The notes below the pieces were generated by a model. The model worked only from the letters and a program-made list of their open reading frames with translations. It had not been told where the DNA came from and ran no database searches. Positions 1 to 12,376 of a stretch of 64,000 nt of DNA are shown here, one piece after another (the stretch's first letter is position 1; every line of letters starts with the position of its first letter). Both the position numbers and the translations under genes were made by a program. This DNA comes from Octopus bimaculoides (lineage: Eukaryota): the NCBI RefSeq assembly GCF_001194135.2, contig NC_068998.1, forward strand, positions 39,826,422-39,890,421, read 5' to 3'.

Positions 1-233
1 GGCACATAAAAGACACCATTTCGAGCGTGGCCGTTTTCGTGCGGGTGACACGTAAAAGCACCCACTACACTCTCTGAGTGGTTGGCGTTAGGAAGGGCAT
101 CCAGCTGTAGAAACTCTGCCAAATCAGACTGGAGCCTGGTGTTGCCATCCGGTTTCACCAGTCCTCAGTCAAATCGTCCAACCCATGCTAGCATGGAAAG
201 CGGACGTTAAACGATGATGATGATGATGATGAT
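1..233 (+). mobile_element. 3' end (3' UTR plus (GAT)n tail) of an RTE-clade retroposon; cut by the window edge
   Basis: Nearly identical to the reverse complement of 49268-49494, which is linked to an RTE ORF2 stop; ends gcatggaaagcggacgttaaac(gat)n. Confidence 0.8.
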
Positions 234-486
234 TGAAAAAAATCGTTATAGGTATAAATATACCATAAACAGATATAAAAAAATGAAGGAGAAAAAGATG
301 GACGAGAAATATTTATACATATAATGATATTTTTCAACTACTAGTTTCATATTCTTATTATTTGCTCTGCCTGTTTTTTATAAATACGATGAATCTTTAT
401 TAGAAATAATTTTTTTTCTCTTTTTGGATCTCTCAAAAAGTTTGAATTGTTCTTTTTGGACTTATTATATATATATACATATCTGT

Positions 487-519
<33 letters not shown>

Positions 520-993
520 TTACCACCACCTCTACTAAATATCCTAACACCACTGTCAACAGCCAATAAGACAGTGACTATAGCATATTTAAAAATAACA
601 GTTGAATCACCCTTGAATCACAACTGAGCATCTTCATAAAAAAAGGGAAGGACACACTGGATAATGTGATCTTAGATATATAAACATGTTGGAGGGTCAT
701 GACTGGAAAGTCTACAGCTTAAACAACTATTACCATTACCTCTACTGCATGCTACAACACCCTACAACCATCACACTACACCACCAAACACCACACTAGT
801 ACACATTACACCACTATCAGATAACGTAACTACTACTACTACTACACCACACACCTGTACACTGCACAACTACATACCACAACACACTACTACCTCCACT
901 ACACACAATAACATTATTACACATTACACCACCACACATTACTACCTCCACTATACACCATCAAACCATTCTAAATAAGAAACACTACTTTAC

Positions 994-1130
994 CTGAATC
1001 TGGTAATCCTGCAAGATCTTGACGAGTGAATCTCGCAGTTTTGGGATCTGCATACCATTCTGTATCCGTTTGATTAGGATAATAGGATCAACATGGGTTC
1101 CTATGTTCTGTAGAAGGCCTGTGATGAATC
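994..1130 (-). CDS. VPS41: VPS41 coding exon, 137 nt, phase 1/0: (G)FITGLLQNIGTHVDPIILIKRIQNGMQIPKLRDSLVKILQDYQIQ
   Basis: tcaccag| ... |gtaaag; close match to human FITGLLNNIGTHVDPILLI...LRDSLVKILQDY. Confidence 0.97.
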
Positions 1131-1218
1131 CTGGTGACAGATACAGATGTTTGATACTTCAGTGGTAGGGATCAAAAGATAAACAAGCTGGTCCTTGTTG
1201 CAAGGAGGGGTAAGCATA

Positions 1219-1423
1219 TTAGGGGGTGCTGAAAAGTTCCTGGCTTTAAGGGTATCAGTTGGAGACCTAACCTTCTGAGTTCTTTTACAGGGCTTAGAAA
1301 AACTGAAGGACTGCTGCATTAAGTGTGTGAATCTAAGAGGGGAATATGTTGAATAAAATCATAATTAACTGATCCTCCTGTATTTTCTTTTACCCAAAGC
1401 CAGGACTTTGCAGCACCTCATCA
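1219..1423 (+). mobile_element. Mariner-derived MITE
   Basis: Degenerate TIRs (ggtgctgaaaagttcctggc ... gccaggactttgcagcacc) with TA flanks; retains the mariner C-terminal KCVNLRGEYVE* codons; sister copy at 42160-42355. Confidence 0.75.
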
Positions 1424-3242
1424 TAAGTGGAAGGGGTTGCAGACAAGGGTTTTGGCACAGAGATAGAGTAACCTTTTGTTTTGTGTGTGCTGGTCAGGAT
1501 CTGGGGTGTGATATGGTATGGTAGTTTTAAGGTCATGTAGTGGCTGTAATGTGGTGACCATGACAGCATCGTAGCATTATAGTGACCGGTAGCAGTGTAC
1601 TGATTAAAGCAGTATGGTTGGCATTAAGAAGGGCATCTAGTCATAGAAACCATACTGAAATAGACAGGGAGCCTGAACAGCCCTTCAGCTGGTCAGCTCC
1701 TGTCAAACTGTTCAACTCATGCCAGCATGGAAAACGGACATATGATGATGATGATGATGGTGGTGGTGGTGTAGTGTAGAAGCTGTGTGGTGTGGGGATG
1801 TTAGTAACTGTAGCAGCATGGTGTGGTTTAGTGACTGTGTGATGTGGTGGTGTGATGATAGAGTGGTATGGTGATGCAATGATTAGAGTTATAGTGATTG
1901 GCTGGTGGTATGCCGAGTTGGCAGTGGTTCCAGATGTGTTTGATGGGCTGTAGTTTACTGATGTGAAGTGGCAGGTGTGGGATGGCTGACAGGATGAGTG
2001 AGGTGCCACAGTTACACATTGAAAGCATGCTGCATATGGTGAGTCATAGAGCAGGGTTGTAAACTCAGAAAACAAAGAGAGGGAGGTTACTCTTTAACAA
2101 TCCAGAGACGAGAAAATGTGCATGTGCACGTGTGTGCATGTGTGTGTGTGTGTGTGTGTGAATTTGTTTGTATATACATGTGAGTGCATGAGCATAAAGA
2201 TGTATGTGTGTATAACCTGAAAGTTATAAAGAAACTGACTTATTAGTACAGAAGGTTGTCAGGATTTCTCAGGATATTCCACATCTTTTGTGAATATATA
2301 AATACATGTAAGTATGTGACTTGAAAGCTACACAGTTATTGAAAGAGAGTGTCAACAGGTTATCCTATAGTTCCTTGTTTATGTGTGTGTGTGTGTGTGT
2401 GTGTGTTTGTGTGTGTGCATGCATGTAAGTATTTACTTTACACCGCATCAATTTTAGAGCTACAATTAACATATAATCCAACACCACCAGTTGCATGGTC
2501 AGGTCATTGTGCAACTAAACTGGTAATCTTATGCCTGTTTGGTAAGAAGGATGGTTTTCATTAGAGACTCTGCAGGACGAAAAGCAGAACTTGTCAAAGG
2601 GCAAATAAGTTCAGTAAAGTCAATGGCCATCCCAAAGCTAGGGGTGAGAGGCATCTAGCCTTTGTTTAGACATCTCTAGGAAAAGGAAAACTCTAATGTA
2701 GCACCTGCGACTTAGTTTGCATCCAATGATGTACACTACTGCTTCTTTTTGTTTGGGCAAATGCATACTTTGTTGAGAGAACGTGATTGGCCATGTGCAA
2801 GGCCTTGCCTAACTTTAACCTAAGTGCATTAAGTCACTGTGTGAATTTTCTCCCCTCTCAATGCAACACAATGCACCTGCAGCTCCAGGGGGCTAAAGGT
2901 CAAAAAGCTTGAGGCACAAGCTTTGCTTGTATTTTTTTAACATCACTATGGTGTGTTACATACTACGGCTGGCCATAGCTGAGGAAGGCAAAACATTCAA
3001 TGAATAATTCCAAGAGGGAATGAAGTGTGAGTAGTAAACTCTCTGACACCTGCTGTAAGAGGTGCTCCATCATAGTATTGTAGGTCTCTAGCAGGAGTGA
3101 AAAGACACGTCCGTGCTGCTTACGTTTAAGAGAACAATCAAGCGATGGCATTACTTGAAATCAAGTTGCAGCCATCATGTATATGTGCATATATATGTAT
3201 GTGAAATTGTAATTGAGTGAAATCATAGTTGTGGCTGATGAC

Positions 3243-3643
3243 AGTGCTGCCTAACTGGCACCTGTGCCGGTGGCACATAAAAAGCATCATTTGAGCATGG
3301 CCAATGCCAGTGCCACCTGACTGGCACCTGTACTGGTGGCATGTAAAATGCACCATTCAAGTGTAGCTGATGTCAGTGCCACCTGACTTGCACCTGTGCC
3401 AGTGGCACATAAAAAGCACCATTCGAGCATGACCGATGTCAGTGCCACCTGACTGGCTCCTGTGCCAGTGGCACGTAAAATCACCCACTACACTCTCAGA
3501 GTGGTTGACAGTAGGAAGGGCATCCAACTGTAGAAACTTTGCCAAATCAGATTGGTGCAGCCTCCCGGCTTGCCAGTTCTCGGTCAAACTGTCCAACCCA
3601 AGCCAGCATGGAAAGCGGACGTTAAACGATGATGATGATGATG
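3243..3643 (+). mobile_element. RTE 3'-UTR retroposon copy containing ~3.5 tandem 66-bp units and a (GAT)n tail
   Basis: Unit starts at 3243, 3309, 3375 and 3441 (agtgccacctgactggcacc...); same terminal motif as 1-233. Confidence 0.8.
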
Positions 3644-3667
3644 TGTCAGATAAGACTGGATAGTTAC

Positions 3668-3808
3668 CTGGTTTGTTGATGGAGAAAGTTATCAAGTCAT
3701 CCCACAGTTCCTTGTCATTGTGTTCTTTACAGAAATCTATGGCTTTCTGGACATTGTTCTGCAGCTCCATTATCACATGTAATGCCCCTTTTGTGTCACC
3801 CATTTTAT
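3668..3808 (-). CDS. VPS41: VPS41 coding exon, 141 nt, phase 1/1: (N)KMGDTKGALHVIMELQNNVQKAIDFCKEHNDKELWDDLITFSINKP
   Basis: ctttcag| ... |gtaact; MG...AL..IM...V.KAI.F.KE..D.ELW.DLI..SI.KP motif. Confidence 0.97.
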
Positions 3809-5241
3809 CTGAAAGGGAAACGAACAACTCAATAAAACATGTACATGGGCAGGTAGAAAACAGGTAGATAGCCCATCTTCAGAAAACATAGCAGATGATG
3901 ATGCTGGTAGATAGACAATATATAATTAGTAAGCAACCTTTTCTATTTTATGATAGAGAGCATACTACCAAGAAGAGCATTTTGATAGCAACAATTAATT
4001 TACCAGTTGTGTTTGCCAATTGAATACCTATAAAGCAGGTCTACTATCCACATTAATGTGTATAGACCATATCTATTATCCATTATCAATATTCTACGTC
4101 CATTTTCCCTGATTGACATTGATTATATGGATCTGTTCCAGCACTTGTGACTCTTCATCTCTTTTGTGTGATTCAACATCATGAGACCATACGTTATAAT
4201 ATCTTCCTCAGTTTTCCTCGTCTGCAAGTTCCTTCCATGAAGAATATCTATTATACCAATTCTGTTAACACAATTGCTAGTTTTCATTAATGTTGCACCT
4301 ATATCACAGGGGTGTGGGTCCTGAACTATTTCCAGATTCACAATTTTAGAGTAGAACAGAGGAGCCAGTTTCATCCCACATAGTAGATGAGATACTTTGA
4401 TTAGGAACACCCCATAAACTCAATTAGAAATATATTCATGAAACATGCTATTTATGTAAACAAGAAGCTAGGAAAAACAGTCTAATTGCACAGACACACA
4501 CAAAACAAAATTTTGGTTGACTAACACACGTATGTTACTATAATAATCCCATTACAGTTACCAGATATAACTGGACAGATGGTTGTATCATCTCCAGTGT
4601 TCATCTTCCCACCTTTCAACACATACATACATACACTGCCACTATCATCACTATCATCATCATTATTCTCATTACAAAAGTTATTAGTCATCATTCACGT
4701 CACTGAGCCAATAAAGGTGCTTCTGCATGGTTGCTTGATCTGCTAGGAATAACAACCAAAATTTACTGAAATCACACCTTACTGTCGTCAAAAAAAAGTG
4801 AAGGACATATTGGACAATGTAGTCTCTGATGTGTGAAAGGATGGGATGATTATGGCTGGAATGCCTTTGATAATAAATCTGTTTGGTCAGGGCTGTCCTG
4901 GGATTCAACATCATCATCAGCACTGCTGAAACCTCTACAGGCACCATCACCAAGACCACCTGTCACAGCGTCACCTTTGTCTTTAGTTGAAAGACACAAA
5001 ATTACACAATTTTCTTTATCTATTAACTGATAGAAAGCAAGGCTACAAAGAACCATTATCAGAACTGTTTTAGTGTAGAAATGAGTTTAACATAGTATAT
5101 TAACATGACAATCCTTTGTCCAATGCTATTTCTCTAGATCTACACCCAATCTCTCTTTCACACACACATACATATGCAGAGAAAATACTTCAATGCCATC
5201 CTGAGATAGAAGCTACACTGTGTAACTGAAATGCCACTTAC

Positions 5242-5434
5242 TCAGAAGGAAGACTTGTTCTGGTAAGAAGTTCCGAATACGACATTCCTCAAGGGCTGCC
5301 TGCAGAGGGCAGTGTGTGCTGTTCTTGAGTAAAGGCAGCAACTTCTCTCTGTCGTACTCTGCATATAATTTTATTTGCATTGCATGGTATTCCTGGCCCA
5401 AGTGAGGATCCTTTTGGAACAATTTGTCAAGGTA
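5242..5434 (-). CDS. VPS41: VPS41 coding exon, 193 nt, phase 0/1 (clathrin heavy-chain repeat): YLDKLFQKDPHLGQEYHAMQIKLYAEYDREKLLPLLKNSTHCPLQAALEECRIRNFLPEQVFLL
   Basis: actgcag| ... |gtaagt; LYAEYDR..LLP.L..STHCPL motif. Confidence 0.97.
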
Positions 5435-5664
5435 CTGCAGTGGAGAAAGAAAAAGAGAGAAAAAAAATTAGAATAGAATAGTGCACAAAAGGGAGTCAAT
5501 GAATGCTACTGACATATAGATCAGCATTAACTGAGGAATGTAGTAGAAAATACTTAAAGCAAATGATATAATATAGGAGCCTCTATGAAGTGACTAGTAA
5601 AATTTCCCTCAAATCACCCTTAAGAAATGAAGCACACATTAAATAATGTATATCTATATACACT

Positions 5665-5984
5665 GTGGAGGCACAATGGCCCAGTGGTTAGGGCAGTGAA
5701 CTCATGGTTGGAGGACCACGGTTTCGATTCCCAGACCGGGTGTTGTGTGTGTTTATTGAGCGAAACACCCAAAGCTCCATGAGGCTCCAGCAGGGGGTGG
5801 TGGCGACCCCTGTTGTACTCTTTTGCCCCAATTTTCTCTCACTCTTTCTTCCTGTTTCTTGAGTAACGCTGCAATGGACTGGCGTCCCATCTAGCTGGGG
5901 GGAACATATATGCCATAGAAACCGGGAAACCGGGCCCATGAGCCTGGCTAGGCTTTAAAAAGGGCGCATAAATAAAATAAATAA
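5665..5984 (+). mobile_element. tRNA-head SINE with (AAAT)n tail and 15-bp TSD, nested in an older repeat
   Basis: A-box/B-box-like head (tggcccagtggttagg ... ggtttcgattccc); TSD atatctatatacact at 5650-5664 and 5985-5999. Confidence 0.9.
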
Positions 5985-6287
5985 ATATCTATATACACTA
6001 TGTTTGAAAAAGATGACAGGATGGTCATGACTGGTGTGCCCTTGATCATAGGTCCTTTTGATCATGACTGATTTGGGGCTAAATTCAATGAGGCAGCAAA
6101 CAAACTGCCAAATCTCCTTCAAATAACATTGCCAGCTTAGTAAAGAAACAAGGATAGATTAGATAACATACTTCTAGAATACACTGTGTCCCATAAAAGC
6201 AAGTGGGAGGCCATAACTGGAATGCCCCTGATTATGAGTTTGCTGGATTAAGTCTGACCTACAAACACCAACACTGTCTATACTTAC

Positions 6288-6338
6288 ACGATGCAACAGC
6301 TCTGGGGTTGGTTCAAGTTGCTGAACAACCTTTTTGAT
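6288..6338 (-). CDS. VPS41: VPS41 coding exon, 51 nt, phase 0/0: IKKVVQQLEPTPELLHR
   Basis: tttacag| ... |gtaagt; matches human IKKVVEELEDRPELQHV. Confidence 0.94.
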
Positions 6339-7122
6339 CTGTAAAAGAAAAAAAGTTGTATATTTTTTTATTCCTTTAACTATTATTAAAATTCAAAAAA
6401 GGAACTGAGAAGAGCCACATGGAAACAATACACAAAAAAAAAAAAAAATAAAATAAACAAAACAAAACAAAAAATGCAAAGAACTGATATTACAAAATTA
6501 CCAGAAAGGAGGACAAACTCTTGCTGCTCACAATTTTGCTATACCTGTCTCTACTCTGAGAGTTACTTGTGTCCTAATTGACACAGGTAACTCTCAGAGC
6601 AGAGGTTGGCCTAATTGTTTGCAACAAGCACAGGTGTGGTTGTATGGTGCCTTGAGCAAGTGTCTTCTACTATGACCCCAGGTCAATCAAAACCTTGTGA
6701 GAGGTTTTGGTAGATGGAAACTGAATGAAGTCATTGTGTGTGTGTGTGTGTGTGTGTGTACACCCCCACACATATGTATGTATGTATGTATGTATGTGTA
6801 TGTTTTTGTGACTGTTTGTCCTTACCACTGCTTGACAGCTAGTGTTGGTTTGTTTACATCTCCATAACTTCACAGTTTGGCAAAGAAAACCAATAGAATT
6901 AGTACTAGACTTTTTAAAAATAAGTACTGGAGTCAATTTGTTTGACTAGAAACCCTTGAAGCAGTGCCTTAGCTTGGTCACAGTCCAATGACTAGAAGAA
7001 GTAAAAGAATAACATGGTGGACTGTGCTAAAGGCATCTATGAATCAAATAAATGGTTGTGGTTTAAAATGAAGCTATAGAGTTTGTAGGTTATTGAGAAA
7101 GAACAAACAAGAAGAGGTTTAC

Positions 7123-7261
7123 CGGTATCTTTTCAATGTTATCAAGCAGCAGTATCACAGCTTTCTCTGAATCAAACTCCATCAACTGTACAATACGGTC
7201 GGTTATTGAATCAAACAAGTTGTGTTTGTTGATTAAGTTAAAAACATCCTTGTGTTTCATC
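7123..7261 (-). CDS. VPS41: VPS41 coding exon, 139 nt, phase 2/0: MKHKDVFNLINKHNLFDSITDRIVQLMEFDSEKAVILLLDNIEKIP
   Basis: tgtacag| ... |gtaaac; HKDVFxLIxKHNLF...LMxFDSEKAV motif. Confidence 0.97.
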
Positions 7262-8428
7262 CTGTACAAAGGAAAGAGAGAGATAGGTTAACATGTTAAA
7301 AGATTCTTATAGCATACCACCACCATCATCATCAAATATTTATGTCTTTTGTTAGCATGGTTTGGACAATTTTATAGGATCTGACAAGTCCAAGGACTGC
7401 ATTGTGCTCCACTGTCTACTTTGGAACGGTTTCTACAGCTGGATACCCTTCCTAGTGCCAACCATTTTACAGTATGAACTGGGTGCATTTTTTTGTCACC
7501 AGAATTAGTAAGGCCATCATGCAGCATGCAAGACTACAAACCCAAAGAGAGATGGCTCTATGCTAGGAGACGAAAGATTAAAACATGAAAGAAGGGGCCA
7601 ACAGTAGAACAGGCTTTTTGCTGAAGAGGGGCAACATAGTTACTCACATTTTAGAAGGGAAGGTAGGAGGGGGTACTAGGAGTGGACTAGGAGAAGAGAA
7701 AAATAGTGGTGATGAAGTGTATGTGTGAACTCCCAAAGTATGAAATGAATAAAAGTGAATGGGGGAAGAAGAGCAGACAGTAGTTAGTATGGAGTATAGG
7801 GTACAGATTGTGTATTGATACTAAGGTGTGTGGATAGTAATAGTTATATGATAGGATATTATGAAGATGCAAAGTGGCAGCTGGTGGGGTGTGCTGAAAG
7901 AGGTATTTGCAGTTTCGGTATTAAATAGTATGTTAATAGCTGTAGTGGTGCAGTGACTGTGGCAACTATGGCTGTAATGTAGCGGTGGTGGTGGGGTAGA
8001 TGTAGAGGTGCGCTTGTGTGTGTGTGTGTGTGTGCGTATGAACACTACATGTATATAGATAACTGAAGCAATTTGTAAGGGAGAGAACCGTTGGTTAGAA
8101 ACCAGTTCATAGTGCAATTAGAGAATAATTCGAAGGGAGATAACGCGTGTGTGAGTGTGTGTGTATGCGCGTGAGAGAGAGAGGGGGGAGGGTGAGAGTA
8201 CGAACATTTAAGTACACAGAAAGAAGGAAATAACTAGCAGAGGTGAATTTGTGGTGTGACGCAGTTTATGTGTTGTTTAGCCCCATATCTGCCCCAGGTA
8301 CTGAAGCAGTCACCTTCTCATAATATTCTGACATATTTCCCGGGTGTATGTTTAATTTATTTTAAGCTAGTAGGATGTGATTTAAAGAATTGGCTGCTAT
8401 TTCAGACAAGTCAAGCAACTCTGTAGAG

Positions 8429-8765
8429 CACTGGTTCTCAACCGGTGTCCATATGAGATTTGGTGGTGGTGGGGGGTCCATGTAACAAAATAGTAAATTG
8501 GGGATCAACAATAGTATTTCAAGGGCTCCTGAAAAAATTTTGCTTTAGATGTATGTATTGATATGTATTGCCAAAACAGCTAGGTTTCTTTCTCTGACAT
8601 TTTACTTAGTCCACCCTACACAAGTTAATGTGTGGAAAACAAAATAGGAATTTTGAAAGAAGTTTCTATAAAACTAGTTTTTAAACATTGAAGGGCCATG
8701 GGGATCCACCAAAATAAAATAGTAATCAAAGGGGTCCATAGATTAAAAACGGTTGAGAACCCCTG
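8429..8765. mobile_element. hAT-superfamily MITE
   Basis: TIR cactggttctcaaccg / cggttgagaacccctg; perfect 8-bp TSD ctgtagag at 8421-8428 and 8766-8773. Confidence 0.9.
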
Positions 8766-9148
8766 CTGTAGAGGTTCCTTCATGAATAGACTTAAAGAAA
8801 TAGTGTATGGAAGTACATAGTTGAATGTGTAAAGCATAGGGCATGGAGGTGTAGTGTGTAGAGCCTGGAGATGTGGTGTTTAGAAAGAAGTAAATATGTA
8901 CAGTGTAAAAGTAAATGTGTAAAATCTGGAGGCATAGGGTATAGAAATAAGTGTGTAGAGTGTAAAAGTAAAATGTAGAAAGCCTGGAGGTGTAGTGTGT
9001 AGAAGTGAATGTGTACAGTAAGATGTGATGTGTAGAAAAGTAACTGTGTACAGTGTAATGGTAAATGTATAGAGCCTGGAGGTAGTTGTAGCAGTGAATG
9101 CGTAGAATCAGACAGCGTAAAATATAAGTGTAAACTTGTATTACTTAC

Positions 9149-9196
9149 TGGAGATAAATAGTCAAAGCTTTGTCATATCGTTTCTGGAATATGTAT
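9149..9196 (-). CDS. VPS41: VPS41 coding exon, 48 nt, phase 2/2: YIFQKRYDKALTIYL(Q)
   Basis: ttttcag| ... |gtaagt; matches Y...KxYxxALxIYL. Confidence 0.92.
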
Positions 9197-10788
9197 CTGA
9201 AAATATAATAGAAACAAAATAAAATTATGTTTTTAACTATCTATGGTTTTCAACACAGACACAAAGACCACAGATAACTGGGGAGGTGGGACACAGTCAA
9301 TAAAGTCTATCCATATGCTTCACTGGAACTTATTTTATCGTCAGAAAGATGAGAGTCAAAGTTGACCTAAGCAAGGTTTGAACTTAGAACATGAGTGTAA
9401 CTAAATGCTATAAAGTACTTTATCTGATGCCTCACAAAATTGGCCAACCCACTGTCTTTCCAAGAATAATAGTATTTAGTTAAGATATGAAAACCAACAA
9501 TTTTCAGGAGTGGTTTAGTTGATTACATTGACCACAACAGGATTTGAATCTAGAACATAAAAAGCTGAAATAAAAACTATAAAAGACATTTTTCTGACGT
9601 TTGGATGATTGTTGAACAATGTTCACATCTCTACCTTAACTCTTTGTACACCTGTGTTGTTTAGTGAGACTTTTTTCAACTCTGTTATGATTCACAAACA
9701 AGAGTTTATCACAGCCATAGATCTAATGCAGTCTGATCATATATTCATGTATTCCAGGAGCTACGCTATAGTCTCTCTCTCTCACACACATATATATATA
9801 CATGAAACCATTGGTAGCTTGTTAACCCACAAAAAGAAAATTCATCCATCAATGTGGTGTTGAGCACCCATTCTCACTGTTCGATATTAGAAAATATATA
9901 TATTCAAAACATCTAAATGAAACTAAATAAAACAAGACCTGCCAGGATAAAAAAAACAGTCAAATTTCCATCAAACCATCCTGTGCTGTCTTAAAAAAGG
10001 AAGGACATATTTGTTGTTGGTGCTATTGTAATTTCAATTTCACCTTGATAGAGCAGATCTATGATCAAAGATGTATTAACAACTCTGGTGCAGTAGCTAT
10101 TTGCAATTAGGTTAACTGACTCCTTGAAAGATAACAGTTTTAGATATAAACATATTGCAGTGCTGGTGACAGGATCCAGCACATTATGTATAGGACAGTA
10201 ACTCAATGTAAAGTAACTTGTTAAGATTATCTCAACAAATTTTCTATAGAAATTATAGCCAGCACTGATTTTGTTACAACATTTCATATCTGAGAGGCCT
10301 GATGTAAACAACAACAGCAAGATTGAAGATGAAAAATGGGTAATGGGTGTATATAACATATTTCAGGAGTATGTAAAATTGGTATATCCAAAAACGTTAC
10401 ACCGCTATATTTAGCGGCTATTTAAGCAATGATTAATGGGTTGGATAGGTACCGACAAAGGAGCAAAGACTCCTAAAATAACCTTAACAAGTGACGTAGT
10501 AGCAATGCTAACACAGTAAAACATGGTGTTGACTTATAAAAATGTTTAATATATTTTGTAGTATATTATGGTTGCATAACGAGATACGGTGTCCCTACAG
10601 GTCATTAATGTAAAGTGGCCATATCCAGCCAAAATATTCTACCTGCTTTATGCTCAAACTGACCCCTCACACTTACTCTACAATATCGTTCTAAAAATAA
10701 GCTACCACATCAGCAAAATCTTGAACCTATGAGATAATGCATGATTAATTCAAAACAACGTGAATAAATAAGTACTACTTTCAACAGT

Positions 10789-11140
10789 GAAGGCACATGG
10801 CTCAGTGGTTAAAGTGTAGGGCTCACAATCATGAGGTAGTGCATTTGATTCCTGGACCGGGATGTGTGTTGTGTTCTTGAGCAAGACACTTTATGTCATG
10901 CTGTTCCAGTTCGGTTAGCTGTAGAAATGAGTAGCAACATCACTGGTGCCAAGCTGTATCGGCCCCTTTGCCTTTCCCTTGGATATTGTCGGTGGCATGG
11001 AGAGAGAAGGCTGGTATGCATGGGCAACTGCTGGTCTTCCATAAACAACTTTGCTTGGACTTGTGCCTTGGAGGGGGGAATTTCTAGGTACAATCCCAAG
11101 GTCATTCACGACCAAAAGTGGTCTTTACCCTTTTTCTTTC
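10789..11140 (+). mobile_element. tRNA-head SINE with a CORE-like central motif, inserted near the end of a piggyBac-type MITE
   Basis: Head ggcacatggctcagtggttaaag...gattcctgg; central ttgtgttcttgagcaagacacttta; host MITE ends ...gaatgctaaaggg|ttaa at 11166-11170. Confidence 0.7.
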
Positions 11141-11198
11141 AGTAGAATAATCTGAATGCTAAAGGGTTAAAAAAACACAATATCAAAGATCTACTTAC

Positions 11199-11326
11199 AG
11201 CTCTCCTAAACACTCCAGTAGTGTAAGGTTGTTCTTATCTTTCTCATGTTCATTTAGGAGTATGTTGATGATAACTTGCATGTTGTAGAGGTTGTGTGGC
11301 CACGACCGAATCAGATGAAGGAAACC
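11199..11326 (-). CDS. VPS41: VPS41 coding exon, 128 nt, phase 0/2: GFLHLIRSWPHNLYNMQVIINILLNEHEKDKNNLTLLECLGE(L)
   Basis: attccag| ... |gtaagt; GF..LIRxWP..LYN motif. Confidence 0.95.
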
Positions 11327-12283
11327 CTGGAATTAAGCAGAGGAACACTGCATGAAGCAAGACATGTTTCCATTGCAAAATTGTATTTAAAACACAAGAA
11401 CATTATATAATTTGATATGTAACAATATGCAACATCATATAACATTATGTAAGACTGTATTTTCATAAAGCACCATGTTTTTAGATAATACACCATTGAA
11501 CATTTTTTTAGGTGATATGCCAGCCAAAGATTTAGTGGCATATGGCAATCCAGTGAAGGAATATAAAGAGAATACTTTATATGAAGGATTTAGAAACACA
11601 CAAACACACATATATCTATGTAGAACAATGTAGAACCTTGTAGGCAATGTCATGAGACAGTAAAACTATCTAAATTTATTTTTGGTCTTTTGTAGAGCCA
11701 ATGAAGAAGCTTCTATGTGGTTTTTCAACTTGCTAGAAATCACAGCCAAATCTCTCTCAGAAATCTTACATCCCCCACCCCCATCCTAGAAAGGGACATG
11801 CTGGACAATGAGGTCCAGGGGGCATTGTACCAAAAAAAAGACATGTCTGTTGAATCAGGACTGACCTGTATCTAAGCAACAATAGTTCTAGCAATTTATT
11901 GATATGGCCATGGTATATAGCATATTAAAAACACAGCTAGTCATAGTATTTAAGACACACTATGTACATATATTAACCACCTGAGATTGTGTGTTTATCA
12001 TTAAATACATGATGTTTATATATATAATATTAAGTACATGAGTTGTGCGTAGATTGTATCAAATACAAGAAGTCATTGTTAGCATTATTTTACATCTGCT
12101 TCTCTGTTCTGGCATGGATTGGACAATTTTTTTTCTTAGAGTATTTTTATGGACAAATACTCTTCTTGTTACTAAAAAAATAAATAAATAAATAAAAGAA
12201 AAGAAAAAAGAAGACCAGTTTGTCCATGACTGGAACATTTTACTGAATCAAGAATAACATTATGAAACCATTTGTGACCTTAC

Positions 12284-12376
12284 CTCATGATCTGTTCTCA
12301 AGAATTCATTAAGGACTACTTCATAGATATGTGGGCTGAGTAAAGGATCACCACAGGGAAGGTGGGGGGCCAAGAT
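12284..12376 (-). CDS. VPS41: VPS41 coding exon, 93 nt, phase 0/0: ILAPHLPCGDPLLSPHIYEVVLNEFLRTDHE
   Basis: ttgtcag| ... |gtaag; PxLPxGDPxLxPxIYExxLxEFL motif. Confidence 0.96.
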
